Part shown: positions 57,891-64,000 of the stretch, one piece after another | How the letters are laid out: every line of letters starts with the position of its first letter | Position numbering within the stretch: the first letter of the stretch is position 1 | Assembly (NCBI RefSeq): GCF_009914755.1 | Contig: NC_060948.1 | Origin: the human T2T-CHM13v2.0 reference genome, Homo sapiens | Direction: 5' to 3' (one strand) | Length of the DNA stretch: 64,000 bases | Notes under the pieces: model-generated | Seen by the model: the letters and a program-made list of their open reading frames with translations, nothing else | Told to the model about the DNA's origin: nothing | Databases searched by the model: none | Position numbers and translations under genes: made by a program

Positions 57891-59991
57891 AAGATCCATA
57901 TTTTTTAAATGAAAAAAAATTTCAAAGGTACTCTGCTTGGTACAATAATCAAATGTATAAACTGAGGAATAAAACATAACCATGAAACCTACTTATAACT
58001 GCATATGGAAAATACAGAGGATAATTTTTTAAATAACATATTTTGAAAGCCTTAACTAGTAATTTGAAGAGTTGGCATTTGAAAGGCCAGTATGAATATA
58101 CCTTCAAAGCAGCAACACAGGTTCCCCATGAGAAAAAGCAAACACAGGGAAAATAAAAACACAAAGGTTCAATCTCTTCTGACCTTTGAAAGACACAGCA
58201 CAGACAGTGGTCCTTAGGACGAAGAGCAGGAGACCCCTAATTCCGTCACCATGGCGATAGGGCATAAACATTGCTGGGTGAGGGCACAATCCACATTGTG
58301 AGGTCCAACTGCTGCCAGGAAGACAGGAGTGCTTTTACATAGACCGAAAGGTCATTGAAGGCTCAGAGTTTTGTTTCAAGAACTGAATCCCAAGCCCACA
58401 CGTTATTAGGCTGCGCTTCTTAAAACAAGTTATGAGATGGGAAAAAGGGCACCCACAAACATACGTATACATTATGTATATAATAATATACAGTATCATA
58501 TATATAATATATATAACCTATGTATAATATTGTTTTACATCCTGCATCTTATGTTATATATATTGTATAAAATATAATAATTGATAATATATAGGTTTTA
58601 TAATTATACAATATGAAATATAGTATATATTATAATTTATGACATATATAATATATGTTATATATCATATATAGAATATATTATACGGTTAATATACGTA
58701 TTAAATATAAATTATACATTATATATATTATATATAATATATCTGTTATATATAATACCCATTATGCATAATATATATATTATGTCTATGTTATATATAG
58801 TATAAAACAACATATAATAATATATAATTGTATATATAAAATGCGACATATAATATATATTATATTTTATAACATATGTAATATATATTATATATAATAC
58901 GTTGTATGTATAATACCTATATTAAATATATATTATATGACTATGTTATTAATTACATGTCACATGTGTTATATATTATATATTTTACATAGAATATACC
59001 GGTTACATACAATATATACTATGTTACCTATAATGTATAATTTATTACATGTAAAATAAAGAATGCAATATATTATGTATAATTTATAATATACAATATG
59101 TGGAATGTGATATATGTAACATATAATATATGATATATGATATACAGTATATGATATATAACATACAATATATGATTCCTAATATATATGGTATACAATA
59201 TATATTTTATGATATGTATTCTATATGTTTTATATTCTGTTATATATAACTATTTGAAATTATATATAACTGTATAATATTTTATGTAAATATGTAATAT
59301 AATATATATAACTATATAATATATTATATATAACTATATATTATGTTATATATACTTTTATAACATAATTTACATAAAATATCATAATATAATATATATT
59401 AAATTATTTCATATTACATAATATATATTACATATCACCCAATATAACTAACATACATAATATTATAATATAGATTATATTATGTTATATTAAATATCAT
59501 ATATATCATGTATCATATATTCTATAATATATATTACACATTATATAATATGTATGTTGTCTATTATGTGATATATATAACTATATATATAATTATATTT
59601 TTATACATATAACTGGATAAACATGTAATTCTACATATTTTCATTTATAATATGTAGAATTATATAATCATATATAATTATTTATATTCTATAAAAAATT
59701 TTATCATTATATAAATTATAATATATAAAAATTATAATATGTACTACAAATATATATATATTATATATCATATATGATATAGTACCTTTGTTATATATCA
59801 TAATACATATAAATGTGTATTATGTTATCTATAATTATATAATTTCATATATAAGATGTATAATATGTATCATATATTATATATGTTATGTAATATATAT
59901 AGTATATATAAGATGACACAGGATAAATATTATATACTATGACATATAAAATATATGAGGTTATATGTTACATATAAGGCATAGCACATAA

Positions 59992-60305
<314 letters not shown>

Positions 60306-62411
60306 AAGATCCATATTTTTTAAATGAAAAAAAATTTCAAAGGTACTCTGCTTGGTACAATAATCAAATGTATAAACTGAGGAATAAAACATAACCATGA
60401 AACCTACTTATAACTGCATATGGAAAATACAGAGGATAATTTTTTAAATAACATATTTTGAAAGCCTTAACTAGTAATTTGAAGAGTTGGCATTTGAAAG
60501 GCCAGTATGAATATACCTTCAAAGCAGCAACACAGGTTCCCCATGAGAAAAAGCAAACACAGGGAAAATAAAAACACAAAGGTTCAATCTCTTCTGACCT
60601 TTGAAAGACACAGCACAGACAGTGGTCCTTAGGACGAAGAGCAGGAGACCCCTAATTCCGTCACCATGGCGATAGGGCATAAACATTGCTGGGTGAGGGC
60701 ACAATCCACATTGTGAGGTCCAACTGCTGCCAGGAAGACAGGAGTGCTTTTACATAGACCGAAAGGTCATTGAAGGCTCAGAGTTTTGTTTCAAGAACTG
60801 AATCCCAAGCCCACACGTTATTAGGCTGCGCTTCTTAAAACAAGTTATGAGATGGGAAAAAGGGCACCCACAAACATACGTATACATTATGTATATAATA
60901 ATATACAGTATCATATATATAATATATATAACCTATGTATAATATTGTTTTACATCCTGCATCTTATGTTATATATATTGTATAAAATATAATAATTGAT
61001 AATATATAAGTTTTATAATTATACAATATGACATATAGTATATATTATAATTTATGACATATATAATATATGTTATATATCATATATAGAATATATTATA
61101 CGGTTAATATACGTATTAAATATAAATTATACATTATATATATTATATATAATATATCTGTTATATATAATACCCATTATGCATAATATATATATTATGT
61201 CTATGTTATATATAGTATAAAACAACATATAATAATATATAATTGTATATATAAAATGCGACATATAATATATATTATATTTTATAACATATGTAATATA
61301 TATTATATATTATATATAATACGTTGTATGTATAATACCTATATTAAATATATATTATATGACTATGTTATTAATTACATGTCACATGTGTTATATATTA
61401 TATATTTTACGTAGAATATACCGGTTACATACAATATATACTATGTTACCTATAATGTATAATTTATTACATGTAAAATAAAGAATGCAATATATTATGT
61501 ATAATTTATAATATAGAATATGTGGAATGTGATATATATAACATATAATATACCATATATGATATACAGTATATGATATATAACATACAATATATGATTC
61601 CTAATATATATGGTATACAATATATATTTTATGATATGTATTCTATATGTTTTATATTCTGTTATATATAACTATTTGAAATTATATATAACTGTATAAT
61701 ATTTTTTGTAAATATGTAATATAATATATATAACTATATAATATATTATATATAACTATATATTATGTTATATATACTTTTATAACATAATTTACATAAA
61801 ATATCATAATATAATATATATTATATTATTTCATATTACATAATATATATTACATATCACCCAATATAACTAACATACATAATATTATAATATAGATTAT
61901 ATTGTGTTATATTAAATATCATATATATCATGTATCATATATTCTATAATATATATTACACATTATATAATATGTATGTTGTCTATTATGTGATATATAT
62001 AACTATATATATAATTATATTTTTATACATATAACTAGATAAACATGTAATTCTACATATTTTCATTTATAATATGTAGAATTATATAATCATATATAAT
62101 TATTTATATTCTATAAAAAATTTTATCATTATATAAATTATAATATATAAAAATTATAATATGTACTACAAATATATATTGTATATATCATATATGATAT
62201 AGTACCTTTGTTATATTTCATAATACATATAAATGTGTATTATGTTATCTATAATTATATAATTTCATATATAAGATGTATAATATGTATCATATATTAT
62301 AGATGTTATGTAATATATATAGTATATATAAGATGACACAGGATAAATATTATATACTATGACATATAAAATATATGAGGTTATATGTTACATATAAGGC
62401 ATAGCACATAA

Positions 62412-62725
<314 letters not shown>

Positions 62726-64000
62726 AAGATCCATATTTTTTAAATGAAAAAAAATTTCAAAGGTACTCTGCTTGGTACAATAATCAAATGTATAAACTGA
62801 GGAATAAAACATAACCATGAAACCTACTTATAACTGCATATGGAAAATACAGAGGATAATTTTTTAAATAACATATTTTGAAAGCCTTAACTAGTAATTT
62901 GAAGAGTTGGCATTTGAAAGGCCAGTATGAATATACCTTCAAAGCAGCAACACATGTTCCCCATGAGAAAAAGCAAACACAGGGAAAATAAAAACACAAA
63001 GGTTCAATCTCTTCTGACCTTTGAAAGACACAGCACAGACAGTGGTCCTTAGGACGAAGAGCAGGAGACCCCTAATTCCGTCACCATGGCGATAGGGCAT
63101 AAACATTGCTGGGTGAGGGCACAATCCACATTGTGAGGTCCAACTGCTGCCAGGAAGACAGGAGTGCTTTTACATAGACCGAAAGGTCATTGAAGGCTCA
63201 GAGTTTTGTTTCAAGAACTGAATCCCAAGCCCAAAGGTTATTAGGCTGCGCTTCTTAAAACGAGTTATGAGATGGGAAAAAGGGCACCCACAAACATACG
63301 TATACATTATGTATATAATAATATACAGTATCATATATATAATATATATAACCTATGTATAATATTGTTTTACATCCTGCATCTTATGTTACATATATTG
63401 TATAAAATATAATAATTGATAATATATAAGTTTTATAATTATACAATATGACATATAGTATATATTATAATTTATGAGATATATAATATATGTTATTTGT
63501 CATATATAGAATATATTATACGGTTAATATACGTATTAAATATAAATTATACATTATATATATTATATATAATATATCTGTTATATATAATACCCATTAT
63601 GCATAATATATATATTATGTCTATGTTATATATAGTATAAAACAACATATAATAATATATAATTGTATATATAAAATGCGACATATAATATACATTATAT
63701 TTTATAACATATGTAATATATATTATATATTATATATAATACGTTGTATGTATAATACCTATATTAAATATATATTATATGACTATGTTATTAATTACAT
63801 GTCACATGTGTTATATATTATATATTTTACGTAGAATATACCGGTTACATACAATATATACTATGTTACCTATAATGTATAATTTATTACATGTAAAATA
63901 AAGAATGCAATATATTATGTATAATTTATAATATAGAATATGTGGAATGTGATATATATAACATATAATATACCATATATGATATACAGTATATGATATA

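Overview
The whole 64-kb window is a single uninterrupted head-to-tail tandem array of a ~2.42-kb composite unit: 26 complete copies plus a partial 27th, with measured spacings of 2406-2420 bp. Each unit has three parts: (i) a ~1.56-kb extremely AT-rich degenerate simple repeat, (ii) a diverged, slightly 5'-truncated Alu on the minus strand, and (iii) a ~565-bp non-simple segment matching the description of HSATI. Unit length, composition and a predicted ~2.14-kb HaeIII fragment identify it as primate, almost certainly human, HSat1B/DYZ2 satellite, typical of Yq12 heterochromatin. The identification comes from recall, not a database search. I see no credible protein-coding gene, RNA gene, CRISPR array, DYZ1/HSat3 junction or inversion, and no evidence for a new gene-encoded system. 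What deserves a second look is the array's internal history: two alternating sequence subfamilies, a probable ~15-unit (~36 kb) higher-order duplication, a ~1-kb gene-conversion-like patch, a local period-2 (dimer) pattern, and recent single-unit duplications. The Alu itself shows AluSc-like diagnostics, a 16-bp internal duplication, a possible degenerate TSD and cryptic splice sites. Units are numbered U1..U27, starting at 1, 2417, 4837, 7257, 9677, 12083, 14499, 16912, 19332, 21752, 24172, 26591, 29011, 31430, 33849, 36268, 38687, 41106, 43525, 45945, 48364, 50784, 53204, 55617, 58037, 60452 and 62872. Variant comparisons were made by eye.
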